From Candidatus Latescibacterota bacterium (GTDB lineage Bacteria; Latescibacterota; UBA2968), in assembly GCA_965205975.1 (NCBI GenBank), contig OZ242195.1, positions 1,536,001 through 1,600,000 on the forward strand: 64,000 bases of DNA, given 5' to 3'. The notes below the pieces were generated by a model that ran no database searches, was not told the DNA's origin, and worked only from the letters and a program-made list of their open reading frames with translations. Both the position numbers and the translations under genes were made by a program. Positions 19,998-30,600 of the stretch are shown piece after piece (position 1 is the stretch's first letter; each line of letters starts with the position of its first letter).

Positions 19998-20027
19998 GAA
20001 GACCTCCCGATGGTAGGTAGCACTCCC

Positions 20028-21947
20028 TCAGTCCCCAGCCCTCAGCATTACCCAATCATACATCGCCCCAGCACGCTCCACAACGCGATCCACATCTTCG
20101 CGCAACATCAATCGCTCCCCCACCAGACCTCGTGCTGCTTGTGCCACACAGTCCAAATACGCTTCGCGGCTGCCATAGCGTTTAGCAATCGATAGTCGCG
20201 AATCACCATCGCGCCCATCCTCATCGCGCGCAAATGGCACCCACATCCCATCCAGGCCAACAAGCGCATCGGTCGCGCCGCGTTGTCGATACCGCCACCC
20301 CGTAAATGTACCCAAAGGCGCGACCACCTCGGGCATACGAATACCAGCAATCTCATTGCCATCTTCATCGACCTGGGGCACGCGCACCCCAAAAGGACAC
20401 CCTTTTTCAGGCGGCTCGATATCGATAATCCCATCATCCCATCTGTCCCCCCAATTCAATCGCAAAGGTCGCCGCATACGCCTGGGACTTTGTAAGTCGG
20501 GAATAGTGGGAAATTTTAAATCGTCTGCATCTACCAGAGAACCATCCGCAATGCGGCCATACCTGCTCTCAGGTGGGACAACGCCCTCGCGCACCCAGCG
20601 GTCTAACGCAACGAGAAGCGCGCGCTCTGCATAGCGAAAATTCACGGGATTTGGGGGCACTGTTAGACGCGGCTTTTTGGGCACATCACCCGGACCGTGT
20701 TTTGTACTTGCAAAATGATAAACGCGGACCGACGGATGAACCTCCACATCCTCTTGCCCGCGTACATCTGTGTGAATCAAAGACGCACCGCGATTCCAGT
20801 ATTCGGTTGAGGTATTGGTATAAAAAATGCGAGGTGTCACCCCCGCAGCATCACAGCGATCCAACAAGCCACCCTTCTCCTCGGTTTCGGGATCTGTTTG
20901 CGGTAAATCCGTAAACGGAAACCACTCCGTGGGATACAACGCATCAAAATGCGCGCTGGCATGCCGCGAAGGCTGTGCAAACCGATGATTAAACGATCCC
21001 CGCGCGCCGCCTGCAACATTGGCAAACACCCCATCGAAAACCTTTCGCCCAGCTTCATCCCCATTAAAGCCTTCATACAATAGATGCCGCAAAAAACGCC
21101 CACTTTGCGACGACCCAAAAGCATAAGCCCGCTCAATCGCATTGCCCAGTGGATTGCCATCTGTTCCGTACTTCAAAAACGATATAAAATCCCGGGTCGC
21201 GGCAAAACCCATTCCCATCACAGTTGGATTTTTGCCCGTATAAACCAGATTGTAAATGCGCCCCGGTTCAAATCCCTGTGGAAATCGGATCGCAGCGCGC
21301 CCATCTCCCAACCGATCAAACGCCCATTGATCGCGCCCAATTTCCTCGGCTTCATCATACGGATACGCCCGCACAGTGAGCACCGCATCGCCATCTTCCA
21401 CAGGTTCATAGGGATCGTGATAGCGACTCCCCAGAGAATGCAAATCCGTCTCTGCATCAACGACAATCTCACACGACACAGGACCCGTAACATCGACCAC
21501 TGGTGCGTCCAATGTCATCAAATTGGCAGCACCCTCTGCTTCAGGCGGCACATCGGCCTGCCACCCACACGCGGCAAGCGTATAACCCTGCCGCATCAAA
21601 AAGCCATCGCCAAAATGTGCGGCAGCCTCCGGCATATTCGCCCCCGATGCCAGATTAAACATCGGCAAAATATTTTTCCGCCCGCGATTGACCACATTGT
21701 AAAACACAGTACGGTTGCCCCGGGCGACATCAACCGGCTTGAGCAAATGCACATCGGCTCGAAAGATCACCCACCCGCTCTCGTCAACGGGCGCGAGATT
21801 TAAATCGACAATCGCCTCGTTTTGTTTGTGATTGGGATCAAGCGCGAACCACGCACTGCCACACAGCGCCTCATAAGCACCCACAGCACCGTATAACTTG
21901 CCATCGAGCACAGTTTTCCGAGAAGTAATTTCCAATTGCGTGAGCAT
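20028..21947 (-). CDS. Alpha/beta hydrolase domain protein
   Basis: VVNRG, GWQ.D, G.G.AATRD, nucleophile GSSQSG, GFN.DE.GRKVFDG, NTSTEYW, VD.DGNE.AGIR.P. Confidence 0.8.
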   Translation of the reverse strand: MLTQLEITSRKTVLDGKLYGAVGAYEALCGSAWFALDPNHKQNEAIVDLNLAPVDESGWVIFRADVHLLKPVDVARGNRTVFYNVVNRGRKNILPMFNLASGANMPEAAAHFGDGFLMRQGYTLAACGWQADVPPEAEGAANLMTLDAPVVDVTGPVSCEIVVDAETDLHSLGSRYHDPYEPVEDGDAVLTVRAYPYDEAEEIGRDQWAFDRLGDGRAAIRFPQGFEPGRIYNLVYTGKNPTVMGMGFAATRDFISFLKYGTDGNPLGNAIERAYAFGSSQSGRFLRHLLYEGFNGDEAGRKVFDGVFANVAGGARGSFNHRFAQPSRHASAHFDALYPTEWFPFTDLPQTDPETEEKGGLLDRCDAAGVTPRIFYTNTSTEYWNRGASLIHTDVRGQEDVEVHPSVRVYHFASTKHGPGDVPKKPRLTVPPNPVNFRYAERALLVALDRWVREGVVPPESRYGRIADGSLVDADDLKFPTIPDLQSPRRMRRPLRLNWGDRWDDGIIDIEPPEKGCPFGVRVPQVDEDGNEIAGIRMPEVVAPLGTFTGWRYRQRGATDALVGLDGMWVPFARDEDGRDGDSRLSIAKRYGSREAYLDCVAQAARGLVGERLMLREDVDRVVERAGAMYDWVMLRAGD

Positions 21948-22000
21948 TAACCCGCTCCAATTCTCAAAAATTCTCTGCCAGTTCCGATAAACCCCACGAC

Positions 22001-22936
22001 CTAAAGCGCAGTGAGATCAAAGGGATTGGACCACGCCTTGTCGCCATTTGGTGCAATAATCTCAAAACGCACGTATTTTGAGTCGGGCCGCAGCTTGAAA
22101 GTGGCGGTCTCAAACAGCTTACCGCCCTCATAGTATTCGGTCCCCCTCGAATCTAATACCGCGGCAATGCGCTGTGCAGATGAACATTTTACCGTGACTT
22201 CAACCGTGCGCCCTTCCCCACTATGCAACCGAATATCAAAAATCTGTGGACCCGTTGACGCATAACCCGCGCCAGATTCCAGTGCTTCGACAATGGCTTC
22301 GGGAGATCGTTCCTTCACACGCACCATAGTCCAGCCCTGATACGTATCGCGATCTTCTGAATCAGCCGCGTGAGAATCGTCATTGCCCAGTGCCGGGAGC
22401 AACTGTCCCGACAAATCCATCCAATCGTCCCAGTGCACAGAAGACTCACCCCGCCCGGCGCACCGACAGGTCGTATTAAAAACTTCTATCCCCGCCAAAC
22501 CCGTCAGCGGCATTGTATCGCGCAAAATATTGACCCCACTCCAGTGCGGATGTGCGAGCCAGATCGAGCCGCCCTGCTTTTTTACTTCATCAATCACATG
22601 TTGCGGGGGCATCGCCCGAGCATCCATATCCTCCAAAATATTAAGTGCCACAAAATGATGGCGGTCGCCACCAAAGGGATTATCGGGATGCAATTCAGCA
22701 CCCTGAATAAGCGTAAAATTTTCAGGACAGGTCAGCGTTTCGACAAATGTGATATTGTTGTGATCGGATACGCATAAATAATCATAACCCTGATGGACAT
22801 ACCCATCCACGCGTTCTTGGGGGGAAACCTTCCCATCCGAATTTGTCGAATGGCTGTGCAAATTTCCCTTCAGCCACATATAACCATCGCCATCAGATAA
22901 AACAAACGGATTTACCAACCCATTTTTATCGGGCAT
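22001..22936 (-). CDS. PHP-fold metallohydrolase (CehA/McbA-like)
   Basis: KGNLHSHSTNSDG, SDHN, AHPHWS, IEVFN, DDSH, AWSNP. Confidence 0.85.
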   Translation of the reverse strand: MPDKNGLVNPFVLSDGDGYMWLKGNLHSHSTNSDGKVSPQERVDGYVHQGYDYLCVSDHNNITFVETLTCPENFTLIQGAELHPDNPFGGDRHHFVALNILEDMDARAMPPQHVIDEVKKQGGSIWLAHPHWSGVNILRDTMPLTGLAGIEVFNTTCRCAGRGESSVHWDDWMDLSGQLLPALGNDDSHAADSEDRDTYQGWTMVRVKERSPEAIVEALESGAGYASTGPQIFDIRLHSGEGRTVEVTVKCSSAQRIAAVLDSRGTEYYEGGKLFETATFKLRPDSKYVRFEIIAPNGDKAWSNPFDLTAL

Positions 22937-22959
22937 AACAAACTCCTTGAGTTAATTAT

Positions 22960-24093
22960 TCACTCCTGCCACCAGATCTTCCCATTGCGAACAGACGCGC
23001 GACAAACCAATCGCTGCTCCCCCATCAACACCTGCTGCATCGAATCGGTCAACTCAAATGTCCCATTTTCCAATTCAAATACAGAGACATCACCCGCAGC
23101 ACCAAGACCCAGGTGCCCGAGATCATCCTCTCGATCAATCACCTGTGCCGGTTCAATGGTTGAGCGTTGAATCACTTCCTTGAGCGACATGCCCAAATTC
23201 AGAAACTTGGACATCGTCGTCGGCAAATCGTAAACGGGACCATTGATATTATACGAATGGATATCACTGCTGATGGTATCGGGCGGAAAACCATCTTCCA
23301 TAGCTGCGCGTCCCACATCGTAACTAAAACTGCCCAACCCGTGACCAATGTCAAAAATCACCCCGCGATCGCGCGCATCCCACGCCTCAGAAATCACCTT
23401 TCCCCGATTGTCGATAATCGACGCGGGCTGTGTCCCGTGAAAACAATGGGTCACAATATCGCCCGGGCGCAAAGGCTGAATCAGGTCACGCAAAGGCACA
23501 TCGGCATTGCTGATATGAACCATCAGGGGTTTTTCGCACCGATTGGCAGCCTCCAGGGCAATTTGCAACAAATCGCGTATATCCGCATCGCCGCCCACAC
23601 CTTTGTACAAACGCACCTTAACGCCCAATGCTGTTTTCGGGTGATTCAAAACCACTTGTGCGCACTCGCTGGCCGACACATAGCCTTCATACACCATCTC
23701 GCCGCGCCGCCAGGGCAAACCAACACCCGACAGATTGACATAGGCCAAAATGCGCGTTGAAGAAGGCTCGATCACATAGCGTTCCAATCCGCGATAATTA
23801 ATCCATCCCGCTGTCCCCGTATCCACGCTCGTTGTCACACCCGTGCGCGGGCACAAATCATCGGCCTCTATGCCAAAACTCGATACATCTTTGTACACAT
23901 GGGTATGCAAATCAATCAGCCCCGGCATTACGAGACACTCGCTTGCATCAATTACTGAATCGGCCTCACACATATCGCGCCCAATAGCTGCCACCACGCC
24001 ATCCTTCAACGCCACATCCAATGCGCCATGCACGCCATTAGCCGGATCTATCACCGTACCACCAGTTATCAATACATCGTATTGATCAGCCAT
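22960..24093 (-). CDS. Amidohydrolase/deacetylase family metallohydrolase (dihydroorotase-like)
   Basis: PGLIDLHTH, GVTTSVDTG, MVHI, LRPGDIVTHCF, FDIGHG.GSF, ISSDIH. Confidence 0.87.
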   Translation of the reverse strand: MADQYDVLITGGTVIDPANGVHGALDVALKDGVVAAIGRDMCEADSVIDASECLVMPGLIDLHTHVYKDVSSFGIEADDLCPRTGVTTSVDTGTAGWINYRGLERYVIEPSSTRILAYVNLSGVGLPWRRGEMVYEGYVSASECAQVVLNHPKTALGVKVRLYKGVGGDADIRDLLQIALEAANRCEKPLMVHISNADVPLRDLIQPLRPGDIVTHCFHGTQPASIIDNRGKVISEAWDARDRGVIFDIGHGLGSFSYDVGRAAMEDGFPPDTISSDIHSYNINGPVYDLPTTMSKFLNLGMSLKEVIQRSTIEPAQVIDREDDLGHLGLGAAGDVSVFELENGTFELTDSMQQVLMGEQRLVCRASVRNGKIWWQE

Positions 24094-24101
24094 ATCTATC
24101 C

Positions 24102-25100
24102 TCACGATCGCTCTGCAATATACGTTTCGGCATCAATTTTTTCCGCAGCAATCAATTCGCGAAACAGCGCCACAGTTTCGGCCACGCCTTCTGTCAGCGG
24201 CTTGTGAGTCACTGTGCCAATCGCAGCCTCTAATCCACTCCCATCGACTTCCTGAGGAAACGGCAACTGGATATCTTCAAATGTGATCTTATCCGCTGCC
24301 TCGGGTGCTACCCGATCAATCGCATCTTTCACATCCTGCATATCGGGAGCAAATCCACCCAAATTAAACGCCCCAGCACCAGCGTAATCAGCCCGTGCAG
24401 CCTGAATAAACGCGCGCGCCGTATCATCGGCATATTGAAAAACCGTGCGCCCGCCATAAGAAATGTGATAGGGCAAGTTCGCAGCGGCTGCGAGCATGGC
24501 CGTCGTTGGCGTTGAAGTAATACCCTGATCGCGCCCCACCCCATAGACCACATAGGGCCGAAAACCGATAGAAGACACCTCTTCATCGAGCCAATACACA
24601 TGCGCGGTTCCCTCATTCGCCTGTTTGTACACGCCGTAATGCGTATGGGGCATCAGCGAGGAATCGTCTTGCATCACAGCACCCGGTTCGTAGTCTTCGG
24701 GCGCGCCAAAAACAGCGACAGAGCTTGCATAGACCACTTTGCCAATGCGCTCTTGCCGGCGTTTCACAGCTTCAAAAACATTTGCAGTACCCACCACATT
24801 GACGCGCGCGCCGAGCGGAGGATCGGCTTTGCAAAACGGCACTTGAAGCCCAGCCAGATGAATGACATGCGTAATCTCATTATCGTCTAACGCCCGTTCA
24901 AAAGCGGGCAAATCCGCAATATCGCCTGCGACAAAATTTACCTGCGCCAGTTCGTCATCTGACAGCAACAATTGCAACCGCTGAGGCTCTGTCGCCAGAT
25001 CAAATACCGTGACCGGCACCTCTTCGCGCACGAGGTTATGCACAGCCCAGGCACCAATACACCCCAATGCACCCGTAACTAAAAAACGATCATCAGCCAT
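24102..25100 (-). CDS. NAD-dependent epimerase/dehydratase
   Basis: VTGALGCIG, IHLAGLQ, ASSVAV, YGVYK (YxxxK). Confidence 0.85.
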   Translation of the reverse strand: MADDRFLVTGALGCIGAWAVHNLVREEVPVTVFDLATEPQRLQLLLSDDELAQVNFVAGDIADLPAFERALDDNEITHVIHLAGLQVPFCKADPPLGARVNVVGTANVFEAVKRRQERIGKVVYASSVAVFGAPEDYEPGAVMQDDSSLMPHTHYGVYKQANEGTAHVYWLDEEVSSIGFRPYVVYGVGRDQGITSTPTTAMLAAAANLPYHISYGGRTVFQYADDTARAFIQAARADYAGAGAFNLGGFAPDMQDVKDAIDRVAPEAADKITFEDIQLPFPQEVDGSGLEAAIGTVTHKPLTEGVAETVALFRELIAAEKIDAETYIAERS

Positions 25101-25110
25101 AATTCCCTCT

Positions 25111-25151
25111 AAAAAAAAATCCGCTGGCATGCACAACCACCAACGGATTTT
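25111..25151 (-). terminator. Putative intrinsic terminator of the membrane-protein cluster
   Basis: Minus strand AATCCGTTGG-N12-CCAGCGGATT followed by a T tract, ~25 nt after the 25177 stop. Confidence 0.6.
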
Positions 25152-25176
25152 CGTTATTAAAATAAACCCTTTGCGA

Positions 25177-27621
25177 TTAGAACAATAAGACCGATACCGA
25201 CTTCTGGATCATGGCAATAGACACCGATGCCATGCCCACGAGGGCCATACCCACGGAAAAGCCGACCATCAACACCGCTGCATAAATGCGCCATTGTTGC
25301 TTGCCAAAACGCTTCCAAAAATAGTAGCGAGCAATTAGCGCGCCAATGATCTCAGTGATCATAAAATGCGGAATACTGGTCAAACTGCGTATATAACCAA
25401 AGATGAGCAAAATGGGCAACCCAAATATGGACAAAACAATGAAGAATATAAGTCCAACGGCAAATCCGGTGCCAATAACCCAGGGTTTCAGAGCCTCGAA
25501 CAAAATGGGCTTATCATCCGACGACTGCAAAAATGCCCCGTCAAAAGAAGGCACCTGATCGATCTCGTATTGATAGAACAATTCTCGATCCTGAGGATCC
25601 ATCGCCCGGGAAATGACCATTTCTGGATTGGGCGTATTCAGGTGCGCGCCATCGTCCGCACTGCGTATTTCTGGTGCAAAAGGCAACCCCTGGGTCAGAG
25701 CATCGGAAATATCGGGCGGAGCGCGACTCAGCGTTGCGGGCGAGTATGGCGGGCGCTGTACATCATCAAAATTGGTATAAAAATAGGCAGTTTTAGACCA
25801 CGGGCCATACCTGCGCTCTTCATCGGGTACACTATCCGGATCATCAGACGTTGCCCGCACCCGCCAGTACCACCACGCATTATTCGACAAATTCGCCGGC
25901 GTCCACGTCACAGTGCCCTCTTGAGAATAGTCAACTTCCCCGCGCATGGTACTCGTAATCCACACACACCGCTGGAGGGCGTTCAACGGCCAGAACAATT
26001 GCACATAAGGATATGCGTCGGAAGGAATGGGTGCGAGTTTCCAGATATAGGACCAGTACATAAAACTGGTTAGAAAAACCAGAGGCACCATAAAGATCTC
26101 GGCCTTCAAAATGCTCGTAAATTTGGTACCCGTCAACTCGATCTCTCTGAAGCGCTGCGCCGCCGCGCCATAGTTGTCCAGGCCAAAATCCACAAACCAG
26201 ATCTCAATCCCCCGGAAACCACTCAAAAAAATGGTAGCTTGCTTAATGTACGGGATACTCACGTTTTGCCCCACCATACCGTCTAAACGGGCGTTGACAA
26301 ATGAAATGAGGGGCGTGTACACAAAAGCAAAGATAAAGAAAAAGATAAGCAGGGTGATGGTGACCAGTTGCGGAAAAAGAATTTTTGACAGAACAATAGT
26401 GTACAAACTCGCTATACAAAACAACACCACGCAAATCCAAATCCTGAAATCGCCCCGCCCAGGTGGTGTCTCCCACGATCCCGTCTCTGTCTTTTCAATC
26501 CGGGCGGTTCGCACCCCGCGCCACACCTGATAAAACCCGATAACAGTAATGGCAAATGTAATGCCAATGCCAAAGCTCATCCAGAAATCAATGCCCGTCA
26601 CAAAGTGCGTCTGGATAGTATCCATCCCCATAAACCAGTGGGGCATAAATCCATAATGGTGTAAAATGGGGCTTGCAATTGTATGGATCATCACCCCAAT
26701 AAAGGCTCCCATCACGGCCCAGAATGGGGCGAGAAAACCCGCAAAAATGGGTCCCAGATGCAGGGTGAAGCCCAGCGGGGTAGCGGGCAAAAAATATCCC
26801 GTATATTGCGTGAAATCGACAAATGGAATCGGGATAAGCTGTACGGGTTGTTCCATAAACGCACCCGTAATAGCCGGCACAGCTACATAAAGCATTCCCC
26901 ACACCAGGCCGATCACCGCACCAACAGAAAACATGCGCCAACGCCATGTAATATCCCCACTGCTTTCTTCTGCCAATGCCATAGCCCCCTGTGCGGCAAT
27001 GGGTGCAAATGGAAAAGGCAACTTCTCGTAATCGGACGTAATGCGGAACAGCACATAACTGGCGGAAAACCAGGCAATGCGTCCCATAATCGTGCCCAGT
27101 ATCAGCAATGCAATGGGCCAAAACCAATCAGCGTGTAAAAACGTGCGCTCGATCAGCGCCTCGGAATTTGCCTTTGGCGCGAACCACCACAATTCGCCCA
27201 ATGCCTTTTGTATGCCAAATTGCACAACTGCGGGCGACTGCACAAAATACTGATTCCACAATAGACCTTCAAAGGCATTGGACTCCCGGTTGACCAGCGC
27301 AATCGTCACATAATACAGCAGATAAATTTCCTGTCGCTTGAGTACAGTAAACGAGCGCTTTGCCAATTCGATGAACAAAATAATCGTGACCCACTGCGCC
27401 GCCGCGCCAATGGAGCCGCCGATCATCAGTTCCAGATAAATATTGCCGGGTACCATCACAATCGACACAAATAATGCACCCACAATGGTCTTTGCATTAA
27501 AGCCATCGGCAAATTCGTCGGGCGTTTGGAGCAGATCGCGGTACTCTTCGATCTCTTCAAACTGCGTATTTTTCTTTGGTGGTTTGTCTTTGTTGCGTCT
27601 TAAAAGATTGCCTAAAGCCAT
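25177..27621 (-). CDS. OPT-like ('peptide transporter') polytopic membrane protein with a soluble beta-rich insertion
   Basis: >15 predicted TM helices, EKLPFP motif, PIPS..YP; hydrophilic insert around aa 560-710 (WYWRVRA...YQYEID). Confidence 0.65.
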   Translation of the reverse strand: MALGNLLRRNKDKPPKKNTQFEEIEEYRDLLQTPDEFADGFNAKTIVGALFVSIVMVPGNIYLELMIGGSIGAAAQWVTIILFIELAKRSFTVLKRQEIYLLYYVTIALVNRESNAFEGLLWNQYFVQSPAVVQFGIQKALGELWWFAPKANSEALIERTFLHADWFWPIALLILGTIMGRIAWFSASYVLFRITSDYEKLPFPFAPIAAQGAMALAEESSGDITWRWRMFSVGAVIGLVWGMLYVAVPAITGAFMEQPVQLIPIPFVDFTQYTGYFLPATPLGFTLHLGPIFAGFLAPFWAVMGAFIGVMIHTIASPILHHYGFMPHWFMGMDTIQTHFVTGIDFWMSFGIGITFAITVIGFYQVWRGVRTARIEKTETGSWETPPGRGDFRIWICVVLFCIASLYTIVLSKILFPQLVTITLLIFFFIFAFVYTPLISFVNARLDGMVGQNVSIPYIKQATIFLSGFRGIEIWFVDFGLDNYGAAAQRFREIELTGTKFTSILKAEIFMVPLVFLTSFMYWSYIWKLAPIPSDAYPYVQLFWPLNALQRCVWITSTMRGEVDYSQEGTVTWTPANLSNNAWWYWRVRATSDDPDSVPDEERRYGPWSKTAYFYTNFDDVQRPPYSPATLSRAPPDISDALTQGLPFAPEIRSADDGAHLNTPNPEMVISRAMDPQDRELFYQYEIDQVPSFDGAFLQSSDDKPILFEALKPWVIGTGFAVGLIFFIVLSIFGLPILLIFGYIRSLTSIPHFMITEIIGALIARYYFWKRFGKQQWRIYAAVLMVGFSVGMALVGMASVSIAMIQKSVSVLLF

Positions 27622-27642
27622 AGATTGTCCCGTGTATAGATA

Positions 27643-30600
27643 CTATGCATTGACCACTGCTGTGGGTGCTGCCAGCAACTCTCGCCCTTTTTCTGTGTAT
27701 TTGGCGCGATTCGTTGGATCAACTGTTCGCCAGATCAAAAACTGTTTGCGAAGGGCGTTCATAAAACCCTGATTGCCCCGCCGCCACGATGCCACATCAC
27801 CCGAAATCCGATCTATTGTCAGCGTCATCGCAAAAATATTGTGCTCACCTATGGGCACGGCTTCAAAATGCACCTGTTGACTCACCCCCAAATCATAAGG
27901 CGCTAACCAGATTGTCGTATCAATCGTATAGCCCGACCCGGTTTCTGCTTCAACAGAACCAAACCGCGCACCATCTGTATAAAACGCGCCCATGGACTCG
28001 CCCATGTGCGACTCGAAATAATCCACCAGAAATACCGACAGCCCAAACACGTCTTTACCACCTACGGTAAATGGAAACTCAAAATGCCAGTGATCGCCTT
28101 CCGGATCGGGCAACCTCCAGCGGCGCGTCACATCGGGCACAGCCATAAGTGCCGCCTGACGCGCGGGATAGAGCGACGAAATCAAAACCACGACCATCAC
28201 CAGAGCTGAAGAAATAACCGTTGACAATGCCGAGTAATTCACATTAAGCCCTTGCAACCACCCCTGCCACAACAAAACTTTGATCACTCCTTGACCGAGC
28301 AAATACCCCGATACAGTACCCAATACAGCGTAAACGCACGCTTCGGCAATAAACAAAAAAGAGATGTGTACAGGTGCCAACCCCACGGCAGAATAAATAC
28401 CAATCTCGCGGAAGCGCTCGTACACCGACCCCATCATCGTATTCAGCACAATTAGTGCAGCCACCAGAATGGGAACAAACAAATTGGCAAGGCCGGGCAA
28501 TGGCCCCCATCCCAGCGAACTGTAAATTGACACCTCGATTTTGCCGTCTTCCCCTGGAATACCCGCGTACACAACCACCGACAACCGCGACACGTATTCT
28601 TTGACCTGTTCTTCGACATTTACATCTTCGTGCAAACGAATTGCCACAGATTGCAGTGGACTGCCCACTTCGCGCAATATCTTATAGGGAATAATGGCAA
28701 TATCGTCCGGATCTATATGCTCGAATGGCATGTTCTCGAGCTGAGGCTGTTCCAGACCCTGTTTTTCGCGACTCTCCCGCTGAGTCATCTGAGAGATAAT
28801 TTCATCATCCGTCAGCTTAAAATCTGCCGGACTCAATATCTCGCCATCCAGGTCCTTGAGATCGCGCATTTTTTCCGCATCGATCAAACCCACGACTTTC
28901 AACTGTTTGCCAAATAAGCGCACGCTCTTTTTGCCGACATCTTCAGGTTCCACTTTGAGCAATCCGGCTATTTTGCCAGGCAAAATACACGCGATCTCAC
29001 CCTCTTCAAACCACCGCCCATGGCTCAACAAGGTATCGATCCCCGTGACCGCGGGTTCATTGACTGATAGTCCCACTATTCCCAGCACTTTGGTCGTTTT
29101 TTCCGGCGTTTCAATAGGCGTCTTTTTCAGGTCCCGCGTAACATACCAACTGCGCGGCGCGATCTCACCCTGATCAAAAAAATTGATGCGGGCATAATCA
29201 TAAGCCGTATCCTCCAGCGGCCCCCAGAATTGGCTGCGGATCAACAGCCCCGGATACTTGCCTTCGGTATCATCCAGCGGAAGTTGATGAAAATCGAGCG
29301 TCGTCTTAATCGACGTAAAGGACAACACCGTAAATGTCAATAAGACCAGCGTGACAAATGTCAGGCTGGTGCGCATTTTGCGCTTTTTCATATTCGCAAT
29401 ACCCAACTGAAATGCTGCCACTGAAGCACTTATACGCCCCACATCCGTATCGTGCAACAACACCTCTTCTGTGCGCAGTTGACGGATATTGTCGTGAAAC
29501 CGCCCCGACACAATGGAAATCACAAAAACCGCCAGTGCCAGAATCACAAAAGCCAGCAAAATCACAAATGGATTGGAGAGATCAAAAGCGGGATGCACCT
29601 GCGCGAGAACGGTCCAGATCACCACAAAAACCACGCTAAAACCGCCGATTTGCACCCGGATATCGGAAAAGGTAAAAAGCAACCGCTCGACAAAAAACGC
29701 ACACGGAATAACCAGCAGCATAAAGAAAATCACGCCTCGAATTACATCGTTTTGCGTTGATTTTACGTCTGGATAGGCGCGCGATTCGAGGCCCATGCCC
29801 GCGCGCGTGTGTTTGACAAACAAATCCCATTTCCTATCTTTCATCGCTTCTTCGGCCAAATCCAGATGGTATTTGGCCTGATCGTGCAAATTGGTCATCC
29901 GCTGGTTCTCAATCGAATACTTCTCCAATTCGCGCATCCGCGCCTCGTTCAGTGTCCACATATCTTTTGCGGCCTGAAACGAAGAGCGAATAAACGCCCC
30001 CCCGTGTTGCAAAATCTGAAACCCATCGCCGCGCGCGACTTCCACACTTTCCGCGCTCTTTGAGTTCAACAACAAATAGCGCACGCCGATCTCTCGCTCC
30101 CGCATCACAATTTTGATTCGTTCGCCCGGCGTTGTAAAAATGGTTCCCACCGGTTCTTCTGGACCAAAACCAATGGCATAGCCGTATTCCTGTGGCGCAG
30201 TATTGCCGGGACCGAGCACACTGATGCTCGACAACTTGGTGAGATAACGGGGATCGACTGTATCGTAAAAATCCGTTGCAACACACGGGAACAAAATCCG
30301 CGTGCGCTTGGATATCCACCAGTCCATATTAAACTCGCCCCGGTATATGCGCGCCTGGCGGCCGTGATTGGGTGCGTATGTGATCTCGCCGCTTTCTGGA
30401 TCCATATAAAAAGCCTTCACATCCACACGGCGTTCGGCAATGCCCGGCATGTAAAATTCGCCATTTTCATCGGCAATATCGTAATAGACGCGGCGCACGC
30501 CTTTAATCGATTTGTCATTGCCCATTCGCAGCGAAGCCACAGCACCGGGACGGGGGCGATCAGGTGTAATGCTCAGGCGGGGAAATGTGCGCACGAAACC